From Mobula hypostoma (lineage: Eukaryota), in the NCBI RefSeq assembly GCF_963921235.1, contig NC_086097.1, positions 104,224,001-104,288,000 of the forward strand: DNA of 64,000 nt. Direction: 5' to 3'. The translations under genes were made by a program, and so were the position numbers. Below are positions 41,563 through 52,221 of this stretch, piece after piece; within the stretch, counting starts at the first letter, position 1; each line of letters starts with the position of its first letter. The notes beneath the pieces were generated by a model. That model was not told the DNA's origin and did not search any database. It saw only the letters and a list, made by a program, of their open reading frames with translations.

Positions 41563-41569
41563 CACACAC
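41532..41569. repeat. Compound microsatellite (GT)n(AT)n(AC)n
   Basis: Directly visible. Confidence 0.9.
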
Positions 41570-41599
41570 TCACACCGTACTGTACATACTTAGATAATA

Positions 41600-43635
41600 T
41601 TGAGTTCAAGTCACTTTTTATTGTCATTTTGACCATAACTGCTGATACAGTACACAGTAAAAACGAGACAACATTTTTCAGGACCATGATGCTACATGAA
41701 TAATACAAAAACTACACTGAACTACGTAAAAACAACACAAAAACTGCACTAGACTACAGACCTACCCAGGACTGCATAAAGTGCACAAAACAGTGCAGGC
41801 ATTACGATAAATAATAAACAAGACAATAGGCACAGTAGAGGGCAGTAGGTTGGTGTCAGTCCAGGCTCTGGGTATTGAGGAGTCTGATGGCTTGGGGGAA
41901 GAAACTGTTACATAATCTGGTCGTGAGAGCCTGAATGCTTTGGTGCCTTTTGCCAGGTGGCAGGAGGGAGAAGAGTTTGTATGAGGGGTGCGTGGGGTCC
42001 TTCATAATGCTGTTTGCTTTACGGATGCAGCATGTGGTGTAAATGTCTGTAATGGCGGGAAGAGAGACCCTGATAATCTTCTCAGCTGACCTCACTATCC
42101 GCTTCAGGGTCTTGCGATCCGAGATGGTGCAATTTCTGAACCAGGCAGTGATGCAACTGCTCAGGATGCTCTCAATACAACCTCTGTAGAATGTGGTGAG
42201 GATGGGGGGTGGGAGATGGACTTTTCTCAGCCTTCGCAGAAAGTACAGACGCTGCTGGGCTTTCTTTGCTATGGAGCTGGTGTTGAGGGACCAGGTGAGA
42301 TTCTACGCCAGGTGAACACCAAGAAATCTGGTGCTCTTAATGATCTCTATGGAGGAGTCGTTGATGTTCAGTGGAGAGTGGTTGCTCCGTGTCCTCCTGA
42401 AGTCAACAACCATCTCTTTTGTTTTGTTCACACTCAGAGACAGGTTGTTGGCTCTGCACCGTCCGTTAGCCGCTGCACCTCCTCTCTGTATGCTGACTCA
42501 TCATTCTTGCTGATGAGACCCACCACGGTCGTGTCATCGGCGAACTTGATGATGTGGTTCGAGCTGTGTGTTGCAGCACAGTCGTGGGTCAGCAGAGTGA
42601 ACAGCAGTGGACTGAGCACACAGCCCTGGAGGGTGGGCCCTGTGCTCAGTGTGATGGTGTTGGAGATGCTGCTTCCAATCCGGGCTGACTGAGGTCTCCC
42701 AGTCAGGAAGTCTAGGATCCATTTGCAGAGGGAGGTGTTCAGGCCTAGTAGGCTCAGCTTTCCAATCAGTTTCTGAGGAATAATTGTGTTGAATGCTGAA
42801 CTGAAGTCTATGAGCAGCTTTCGAACGTACATGTCTTTTTTGTCCAGGTGGGTTAGGGTCAGGTGGAGGGTGATGACAATGGCGTCGTCTGTTGAACAGT
42901 TGGGACGGTATGTGAACTGCAGGGGGTCCAGTGAGGAAGGCAGCAGGGTCTTGATGTGCCTCATGACGAGCCTTTCGAAACACTTCATGATGATGAATAT
43001 GAGTGTGACGGGACGGTAGTCGTTGAGGTGGGACACTGAAGTCTTCTTCGGCACGGGGACGATGGTGGCGGCCTTGAAGCACATAGGAACAGCGCGCTGT
43101 TTGTTTCCAACGCGTTCTCCCCTCTCGTTGCAAAGTCCACGTTCTGATGGAATCTGGGGAGCACTGACTTGGGGTTCGTGTGGTTAAAATCTCCGGCGAT
43201 AATAAACAGTCCATCAGGGTGTGCGTTCTGCAGTTCGCTAATAGTCCCATATGGTTCACAGAGCACCTCCTTAGCATTAGTGCTGAGGGGAAATGTGGAC
43301 ACCAACTATAAGGACAGTGGTGAATTCCTGTGGTAAATAAAATGGTCTGCATCTAACAGTCACAAACTCCACTAGCAATGAGCAGTATCTGGAAACCAGC
43401 AGAGTTCTTGCACCATTCCATATTGATGTAAACACACAAGCCACCACCCTCAAGTCTTACCAGAAAGAGCTGCATCTCTGTCTGCTCCAAACAAGACGAG
43501 TCTGGCCAGCTGAATGGCCACGTCCGGGATTCCATCGGTGAGCCATGTTTCCGTGAAAACATATGCACAGCAGACTCTGTACTCCTGCCGAGTATTTCGT
43601 TGGAGTCGGATGTAGTCCAATTTATTTTGAACTTG
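41600..43635 (-). mobile_element. Rex1/Babar-clade LINE with endonuclease and RT, internally deleted and frameshifted
   Basis: Endonuclease motifs VFTETWL, GGGLCVYIN and [10 protein letters not shown] motifs [36 protein letters not shown] and IIKFADDT. C-terminal SFFPQAIRLLN. Confidence 0.9.
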
Positions 43636-45627
43636 GAACTTACCTTGAGATATAGTCAAGGAATTTGTCCTTTAAGGTAACGGGAAAGCCACTCTTGTGG
43701 AAGAAGGAGGACATTTTAGTTTCATCATTGGGCTAAACACAATAGAGTCATTGGAAGTGGAAAATAGAATGGAATATTTTGAGAATGTAAGTGGGAGGAA
43801 TTAAAGTCTAGGTACCTATGAAAGTCTAGGCTGGTATTGGAAATTCATAGCTAGCTTTTCTCCTGAAAGAGAGAGAGAGAAAGAGACAGACTCAAGAAGG
43901 GAAGAGTCAGAGAATGACTGTGAAGATGAGAACAAGGTGGAGATTGGCCATAATAGTAATGCTGCATCACAATAGCACCACCCTTGTCAGAACATTTAAG
44001 GATGATATCAGGGTGGTTCTCTGTGAGCAGAGAGCTGCAACTTTGGAAGGTTGAAAAGGATTGAAAGGACTTGAAAAAGCAAGGTGATTCTTATCCTCTT
44101 GCAGTTGATGGCAGTCTTTGAATAAATTCCTAAAGGGTAAGAGGCCAGTGGATCAGCAGTTCTCAATGGGAGAAGTTGTTCATAGTTTGGGATGAAGACT
44201 CCTGGTCAAAGAAATAAGCAGATGTAGAGGCAGCAGACGAAGACTTAAATGTCTTTTGGGCTCAGAATTAATTAGATGGCGCCATAGGTGAACAAAACTA
44301 ATTCTGCTAGTTGGGTAGTTCAGCACAAGGTAACATTACTTTCAGGTGAAATTGAAACCTCTGTAAATATCAGCTACTAGAAGGTCATTTGTATTTTAAA
44401 TCTGAGTTGGATAGATAATTGCTTGGAGATGGCTAAAGGTGGATGAACCTGTATAACAGATCTCTCTGTCATTAAGAGTTGAGGGGCTGTTCCTCTCTTC
44501 CTCTCAGAATGATTTCTGCTAGTCTTTTCAACTCCTCTTTGTGGAGGTGACTTGCACACTCTGTTTTTGATGTCCTTGGGTGTTTCAGCTTGGATCTTCT
44601 AAGGTAACTAAGGCTTTATTGTTCGAGCTAATTCACCCAATAGTTTTCTTGTTAATCAATAATTGAGGTGAGTTGTTTAATATCACTTCATGGACCAATC
44701 CCATGGCAACTATTTGCATTACATTCATCGCTTTCACCATTTAAACCTAACTGAATACTGCTAGCCAAATGTGCATTGCAGAGAATGAGAAGAATTCTCT
44801 ATTGCTAAATAAATGCAGCAGACCATCAAACTAAGGAAGATTAAATGCACGTATCTGGGATTTTAGTTTTACAGTCCATGTTTGTGTAAAAGCACAAATT
44901 GAATTGCATGAGATAAGAAGCCAAAATTCAAAGTTCCGTTCCCTTGCACTTACATTGAATGTCCACAATAAGCACAAACAGTTTTCAAAAGAGGAAAACA
45001 TTAACAATAGGGATTTTTCAAATTGGCTGAAGCATTTACAGAAGTCAGACTCAAAGCTAGTTAAAGGCTTCCTTGTTCAAGTAGAATTGACTGACAAAGG
45101 GCATTTATTTCTTTACATTTTTTTAAAAGTATGTACTTGTATCTCAACCGCTTTCAACATTGCCACTGAATTTAGTCCATTGATGAATACTTTACTTGTT
45201 CTCTGTCTCATTTTTCTCGCTGTTGAAGACAGCTCCAAAGTGCACAATGCTAGCAAGTCTCCGAACTGCTGGTCAAAGCAGAAACTTGCAGTCTGAATAT
45301 TAAATGCCTTTGAGGATGACTAGTCCAGTCATGAGCTTAAACAATTGTTCCTCAAGTACTTTGCAATAATCAGGCAGTTTTCGGCCCCACTTTTTCTACT
45401 CCCTTCCTTCAAGTGTGGCTTACCTTTATCAGGTTTCAAGACTGGTCGTCTTTCTTCCGAACAGCTTCTACCTGACTATCTCTGGTGTCGAGGCTCCTAC
45501 GTTATGAGTGTGTACATATGCAGTGCAGGAGCTTCCAGCCATAAAAATCCCACACTTTGAGAACATTTAAACCAAAATATTTGCATGCTGGTGAACATTC
45601 CTAATATTTTTGCCCAATTAAAATTTG

Positions 45628-45685
45628 ATGGACCCCTTGATTAATGGTAGGGGTCCGTCGCATAAAAATGGGTTGGGAACCCCTG
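45628..45685. mobile_element. Third copy of the tiny hAT-type MITE (left end truncated, internally intact)
   Basis: ATGGACCCCTTGATTAATGGTAGGGGTCCGTCGCATAAAAATGGGTTGGGAACCCCTG. Confidence 0.6.
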
Positions 45686-46110
45686 GTATGAGGAGTGTCT
45701 GATGGCTCTCGGCCTGTACTCATTGGAATTTAGAAGAATGAGGGGAGATCTCATCGAAACCTATTGTATATTGAAAGGCCGAGATAGAGTGAACATGAAG
45801 AGGATGTTTCCTATAGTGAGGAGACTAGGATCAGAGGGTACAGTGTCAGAGTGAAAGGATATCCCTTCAGAACAGAGAAGAGGAGGAATTTCTTTAGCCA
45901 GAAGGTGGTGAATCTGTGAAATTCATTGCTACAGATGGCTGTGGAAGCCAAGTTTTGAGGTATATTTAGTGCGGAGGTTTTCTTAGGTTCTTAACTAATA
46001 AGAGTATCAAAGGTTATAGGGCGAAGGCAAGAGAATGGGGTTGAGAAAGATAATAAGTCAGTTCCGGCATTTTGGAGCAGACTCGATGGACCGATGACCT
46101 AATTCTCCTC
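45686..46110 (+). mobile_element. CR1 3' fragment
   Basis: GLYSLEFRRMRGDLIETY followed by CR1 3' UTR. Confidence 0.85.
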
Positions 46111-46301
46111 CTATGTCGTATGGTTTTATGCTCTTATTATGAATTAAAGAATTGATCTTAATATGCTAGGGAGCTATCCATTAAATGGTCTTTTCGTCTG
46201 TTCATGTATTCACATTTATTTAAATTTGTTTATTGATGTTTGTGCTCATGGCTGTTTGCACTATTGTCTTGTAAATTGTTGAACTATTGTCAGACTGTTG
46301 T

Positions 46302-47100
46302 AAACAAGAGAAAATCTGCAGATGCTGGTAATCCAAGCAGCACACACAAAATGTTGGAGGAATTCAGCAGGCCAGGCAGCATCTATGGAAAAGAGTATAG
46401 TCGAGGTTTCGGGCCGAGACCCTTCAGCAGAACAGGAGACAGAAAAGAGGAGTCAGAGTAAGGTGGGGGGAGGGGAGGAAGAAACACAAGGTGATAGGTG
46501 AAATTAGGAGGGGTGGGGGAGAGATGAAGTAAAGAGCTGGGGGGTTGATTGGTGAAAAAGATACACGGCTGGAGAAGGGGGAATCTGATAGGAGAGAACA
46601 GAAGGGATCGGGAAAAAGAAAAGGGGGAGGAGCACCAGAGGGAGGTGATGGGCAGGTAAAGAGATAAGGTGAGAGAGTGGAATGGGAAATGGTGGAGGGA
46701 GCTGTGTTACTGGAAGTTTGAGAAATCGATGTTGGAGGCTACCCAGATGGAATATAAGGTGTTGCTCCTCCAACTTGAGTGTGGCCTCATTGCAACAGTA
46801 AAAGGGGCCATAGTCTGACATGTTGGAGTGGGAATGGGAAATGGAATTAAAGTGGATGACCACTGTGAGATCCTCCTTGTTCTGGCGGTAAGTGTGTAGG
46901 TGCTCGGCGAAGCAGTCTCCCAATCTATGTCGGGTCTCACCGATGTACAGGAGGCCACACCAGAGATGCAGGACCCCAACAGACTCAGGGAGTCTAGGAA
47001 GAACTATTTATGGCCCTGAATGGTAGTTAGGGTGGAGGTATAGAGGCAGGTGTAGTACTTGTTCCACTTGGAAGGAAAAGTGTCAGGAGGGAGATCAGTG
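46302..47100 (-). mobile_element. Penelope-like element 3' fragment with GIY-YIG endonuclease remnant and terminal repeat
   Basis: The minus strand reads GLLYIGETRHRLGDCFAEHL...HFNSISHSHS...LKLEEQHLIFHLGSLQ. Terminal repeat shared with 50023; degenerate hammerhead motif at about 46399-46434. Confidence 0.85.
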
Positions 47101-47119
47101 TGGAGGGATGAATGGCAAG

Positions 47120-47395
47120 TGCTCAATGGTTGGTAGGGCTTTACTGAGATGTACTGGACTGAATCCACTAACCATTGTAGGATTTTCTGCAAAGGCATTG
47201 ATGTTCCCATACCAGGCTGTAGTGCAGCCAGTCATACACTTTCCACCACACATCTGTACAAGTTTGTCATGGTTTATGATGACGTGCCGAATCTCCACAG
47301 ACTCCAAGGAAGTAGAGATGCTGTTGTGCTTTTTTGCAATAGTATTTATATGATAGGTCCAGGACAGGTTCTCTGAGACAGTGACACCCATCCCA
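47120..47395 (-). mobile_element. Old Rex1/L2-type LINE fragment
   Basis: GVTVSENLSWTYHIN and TGCTTAWYGN remnants. Confidence 0.6.
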
Positions 47396-49009
47396 TACTT
47401 CATACATCTGATCTGATCTGTAGTGACATTGCCTTCATGTCATTTTAAATTATTATGACTTTATTGTTGCTCTTCTGAGATAAGTTGTATAAAATCACTG
47501 GAATTTCCTCATCTATCTGGATGATTGAGATTTTAGTCCTTCAACATCATTATTACTATCAACTCCTGTTTCAATGTCATCATTGCTTGATGGATTTCTC
47601 TGTATTTTTGTAGCCTCATTGTTCGCTGGTTCTTGGAAATTTTAATAGGACCTAATAAATTGGACAAAACCATTCAAATAAATCAGAATTCTTGTCAGAA
47701 TGTTGCATAATGTAAACAATAATAGCAAAATGAAATGAATTATCAGGCTTTTGATATTGCAGTTTGCTCATGTTTATTTAAATTTTGTTAGAATTATTTT
47801 TGCTGTTTCAGGTTTCCTAAAGTTCTCACTTTCTAACAAAATACCATAATTCACATTGGAATTAGATCTTTATCGTTTGAGGCTGTTCTGCCATTGATTT
47901 TTGATTTAGATTAATTTTTCCTCCCTTTGGCAGTGCTGAGTATCCACTTCTACCTAGGACAAAACCATTACCCATGCCCAAGCCTTCTCTATTCACCATT
48001 TATTCTGTGTAGATTGGTGATCATGTTAGGTCTCATGTCATCGATGGTTTTTCTCTTCATGTTCAGATTTTCTTCAAAATAAAAAGAACTCCCTTTTAGG
48101 GACAAATTCTTTTTCTATTTCTTGTAATTTAATTATAACTATTATATCATGATGTAAAGTGTTTGTTTTTGTTTCAGCAGGTATAAGAAACATTAAAACT
48201 CAATGCTCATTTCTTCTTGTAGTGCACAGTAGTTATAATCCTGCATGTATGATACTTTAACTAATGTTGCTAGGCAAAATCTTCCCATTAAACAATTAAT
48301 TAATGCTCCTAATTTGGAATGATTTAGTGGTACTGAAAATTCTTAGCTAACAGATTCATCAGTAGGATTGATTTACTTATTAATATCTAATAACTGGTTT
48401 AGCATCTTAACACTTGGCAGCAGCATTCATTTCGTTCGTGTAATTGTGTTCAACTGCATACAATCGTAACCTTGATTTCAGCTATATATGTGGTAAATCA
48501 TCTACAGTTTGCAGTTCTGGCAAGTTTGCATCGTTTGAGATAGTGATTCTGCTTAAAAATTTCACAAAATATTAAATCTTTTATAATATGGTAGTTTACA
48601 TTTTGCAATGACTAAATTCAAGTATAGCAATGCTTTCTTTGGTTGTGTCTTATGGCTCTTGAGCCTGTGACTCAAAATAGTTCAGTACTGTTAAAACTGC
48701 TGCTGCCAACTTAGACTGAACTTAGACGTGTTCTTGAGCACCAAGCTGATACCAAATCTAACTAGTTACTCTGCATGTGGCGGGCCTCCAGCTACCTTTC
48801 TGCCCAGTTCTCAATCATGTTGGTGGCTTATAGCTTAATGCGAGTCCATATAATGCATTGCATTATTATGGATGATCTTCACATATGACTCTTTACATCC
48901 TTTCTGGAGAACTTTCCAAACTAGTTCTCATGCTTTGATTTGAAACTTCTGCAGTATTTGTAGCTCTTCACAGTAATAGTCTCCTGACTTGTTCCCCCTG
49001 TCACTCCAG

Positions 49010-49042
49010 GAAAGGAAGTTCTTCAAAGCCCTGTTTGGAAAA
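49010..49042 (+). CDS. numb: Numb 33-nt alternative PTB-insert microexon (ERKFFKALFGK)
   Basis: Acceptor ttccccctgtcactccAG, a branch-point-like CTGAC about 21 nt upstream, and a consensus donor AAA|GTAAGT. Encodes ERKFFKALFGK versus the mammalian PTB-long insert ERKFFKGFFGK. Lies between the expected flanking exons and preserves frame. Confidence 0.95.
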
Positions 49043-50119
49043 GTAAGTTTGAATGCCTAGTCTGATGTTAACGCACTAAGGGATTACACCACTCTATTTA
49101 AATTTCAGACAGTAACTTCCAGTAATTTATTGGCTAAAGTTGCATAAAGCTCTGTTTGTTCATTTCTAAAGTAAATTTTTTTAATACGAATGGTTTGCAG
49201 TTTTTTCCTCCACTGGCCTAAGATGGTTTGCTGTGTGAAGTGAATATAAATTTCTTCTTATTTTGCTGTTGCGACTGATTTTGAATGATGTATGTGCTAC
49301 TGTTTGGGAGAAGAGGGGAAAGAAATGACAAAAAATCACTCTTGGATGTAGAAGGGCTGCACTTGTCAGTTTCTCCTGTAACCTGTTAAGGGTGATCTGT
49401 GATCTGAATGGTGCTTATTAAAACTGGCATACAGGAATAAAAAGGCTGATTATTTTATCCACGCATTTAAAGACTGCAGTATAGCTTCACTCTGCGAAGC
49501 AAAATCAATTCAAGGGGCCGATTATCTTAATTTGTCCAATTTAATCATGGGAACTCAACTGATTTGCACACACTCTGAAGTTAGATGTTGTAATTTACCA
49601 TGGTTCTTCTGTGGAGCATTTAGCATGTTGCAGAAATTATAGACATTTTGAATAATTGTGATAATGCAAAGTGGAGGCAACATAGTGGTTAGCATGATGC
49701 TATTGTGGTTCGTTGGACCAGAAGGGCCTGTTCCTCACTGTATCTCTAGACAAGTTAATCACTGTAGATCAGTCATCTTCACAGATGATTGCTTGTATGT
49801 AGTATCAGCAGCATACATTTGTGTTGATCTAATGGATCCACAAAACACATTTTTAAATATGAAAATAATAAAATTTTCCCAAACTAAGCTTTTTGAAACA
49901 GATTGTTACCTAGTAATCGACCAGATTTAAATTAATTCAGAATGTGGTGTTGTCGACAGCTAATCTGGTTGTTCATTTTGTGCTGTCTATTGTTTTGACA
50001 TTATCTGTCTACCTGTAGTGCAAACACGAGGAATTCTGCAGATGCTGGAAATTCAAGCAACACACATCAAAGTTGCTGGTGAACGCAGCAGGCCAGGCAG
50101 CATCTCTAGGAAGAGGTAC

Positions 50120-50155
50120 AGTCGACGTTTTGGGCCGAGACCCTTCGTCAGGACT
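50120..50155 (-). ncRNA. Minimal type I hammerhead ribozyme motif in the other arm (G12A variant)
   Basis: The reverse complement reads AGTCCTGACGAAGGGTCTCGGCCCAAAACGTCGACT. Confidence 0.7.
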
Positions 50156-50800
50156 AACTGAAGGAAGAGCTAGTAAGAGATTTGAAAGTGGGAGGGGGAG
50201 GGGGAGATCCAAAATGATAGGAAAAGACAGGAGGAGGAGGGATGGAGCCAAGAGCTGGACAGTTGATTGGCAAAAGGGAGATGAGAGGATCATTGGACAG
50301 GAGGCCCAGGGAGAAGGAAAAGGGGGAGGGGGGGCACACATTTTAATTCCACATCCCATTCCCATTCTGATATGTCTATCCATGGCCTCTTCTGCTGTAA
50401 AGATGAAGCCACACTCAGGCTGGAGGAACAACACCTTGTATTCCGTCTGGGTAGCCTCCAACCTGATGGCATGAACATTGACTTCTCAAACTTCCACTAA
50501 TGCCCCACCTCCCCCTCGTACCCCATCCGTTGTTTGTTTATATACACACATTCTTTCTCTCTCTCTCCTTTTTCTCCCTCTGTCCCTCTGACTATACCAC
50601 TTGCCCATCCTCTGGGTTTTTTCCCCCCTCCCCCTTTTCCTTCTCCCTGGGCCTCCTGTCCCATGATCCTCTCATATCCCTTTTGCCAATCACCTGTGCA
50701 GCTCTTGGCTCCATCCCTCCCCCTCCTGTCTTCTCCTATCATTTTGGATCTCCCCCTCCCCCTCCCACTTTCAAATCTCTTACTAGCTCTTCCTTCAGTT

Positions 50801-50836
50801 AGTCCTGATGAAGGGTCTCGGCCCAAAACGTCGACT
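50801..50836 (+). ncRNA. Minimal type I hammerhead ribozyme motif (G12A variant, probably inactive)
   Basis: AGTC-CTGATGA-A-GGGT(CTCG)GCCC-AAAAC-GTC-GACT: stem I AGTC/GACT, core CUGAUGA, stem II, palindromic ACGT helix III and a GUC cleavage triplet. The conserved GAAA reads AAAA. Confidence 0.7.
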
Positions 50837-51069
50837 GTACCTCTTCCTAGAGATGCTGCCTGGCCTGCTGTGTTCACCAGCAACTTTGATGTGTGTTACC
50901 TGTAGTGCAGTGTTTTTGTGAACCCATAATGGTTTGTCACCTATTCATTTTGTTTTGGTCGTGTTTGCTACCCATATGAATTTTTTTTTTCAAGGGTCAT
51001 TTATTCCCATTTGGTCTTCCTGGTGCAGTTTTTTTAATATTCAGCAGTGCAAAAGTGAAATTCTATCTC

Positions 51070-51385
51070 AACCAGTTGAACTGCTGCCTTACAACTCCAG
51101 TAACGCAGGTTAAGTCCTGCCCCGTGGTGCTGTCTATGCGGCATTTGCATATTCTCCGATGGGTTTCTCTCTGTTGCTCTAATTTCCTCCCACATCCCAA
51201 AGACAACATGTTAGTAAGTTAATTGGCCACTGTAAATCACCCCTAGTGTTTGGTAGAATCTGGGGGTTGTAGATGGGGTGTGGGATAAAAAAGTGTGTTC
51301 AGTATAAAATTAATATAAATAGATACTTGATGGCTGCCATAGACTTGGTAGGACAAAGGGCCCATTTCTGTCACCGTATGACTAT
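51070..51385 (+). mobile_element. tRNA-derived SINE (HE1/V-SINE-like)
   Basis: CTGCTGCCTTACAACTCCAG..GGTTAAGTCCTG head, TTTCCTCCCACATCCCAAAGAC and TTAATTGGCCACTGTAAAT core, CR1-like tail. Confidence 0.75.
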
Positions 51386-52221
51386 CATTTGCAAGGTATT
51401 AGCTTGTGTGCAACCAAATCTTTGAGTTTCTTCTCAATCTATCAGGCTGACCCCAAACATTATTTGGAAATGAATTGCAATATCTCTAATTGTTTTAATA
51501 AATGTTTAAAGGGATATGATCACTGTACTCTTAGTACTTTACAGGTGGACTGAGTATGAATCAGGTTCTCTATGCTCATCTAGTTCTGAGGAAGTCCTTC
51601 GGAATCAAGTAAGATTTGCTTCCACTCTGGTTCTGAAGGTTGTGAGGCAACAGGTTAGACCAGTGTAGGAGTGGTTCTCTGGAATGTGCAGGAAGTGCCC
51701 TGTAGCATTTGAAGTGGGGTCTGCATGTACCAGAGGTTCACAGTCATAGCCAGGTATTTTCTGGTGTAGCAGGGAGTGTTCACTTTTCCCAAAGATTGGA
51801 GCACATTCTTAAGTGTTTTCTTTGGGTAGGCTTGGTGATATTTTCACACAAGAGAGTTTGGGACCATGCTAATTTCAAATGTGTGGCATTAAATCAAATG
51901 ATCTAACTCCATAATCACTCTCCCTTCCACTATTGGTGGAGAGGCTCCACGGTACTGTTTGTTGTTTGAAGTGATATCCATGAGGCTGGTAGAGTAGTCA
52001 GTGCTTCTCCTATATGTCACTTGGTAAAGATCATATTCCTTTGATGGACAGAATCTAAACTTCACTCTTGGTGCGTGTGTGTGTGTATATGTACTCCAGG
52101 TGCTCCTTGAAGGGTGAAGATCAAACAAAAAAATTCATCTCTCTCACAGCTGTTGGGATCTTGTTTTAATTTTAGTAGTTGGTGGCCACGTTCCCTTATC
52201 TTGGTGCTCAAATGCAATACA

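Larger units (their letters stand above)
50023..50896 (+). mobile_element. 5'-truncated Penelope-like element with an inverted terminal repeat
   Basis: Inverted arms of ~275 bp (50059-50333 and 50623-50897). The spacer encodes a GIY-YIG C-terminus, HFNSTSHSHSDMSIHGLFCCKDEATLRLEEQHLVFRLGSLQPDGMNIDFSNFH*, with the stop at 50498-50500. 13-bp target-site duplication TACCTGTAGTGCA at 50010-50022 and 50897-50909. Confidence 0.92.

Noticed and set aside
50059..50897. DNA transposon or MITE with long terminal inverted repeats
   Set aside because: The arms are asymmetric relative to the duplication, and the interior encodes a GIY-YIG C-terminus typical of Penelope-like retroelements.
12690..51385. 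tRNA genes at the SINE heads
   Set aside because: Only decayed A/B-box-like sequence followed by SINE core and tail; no cloverleaf.
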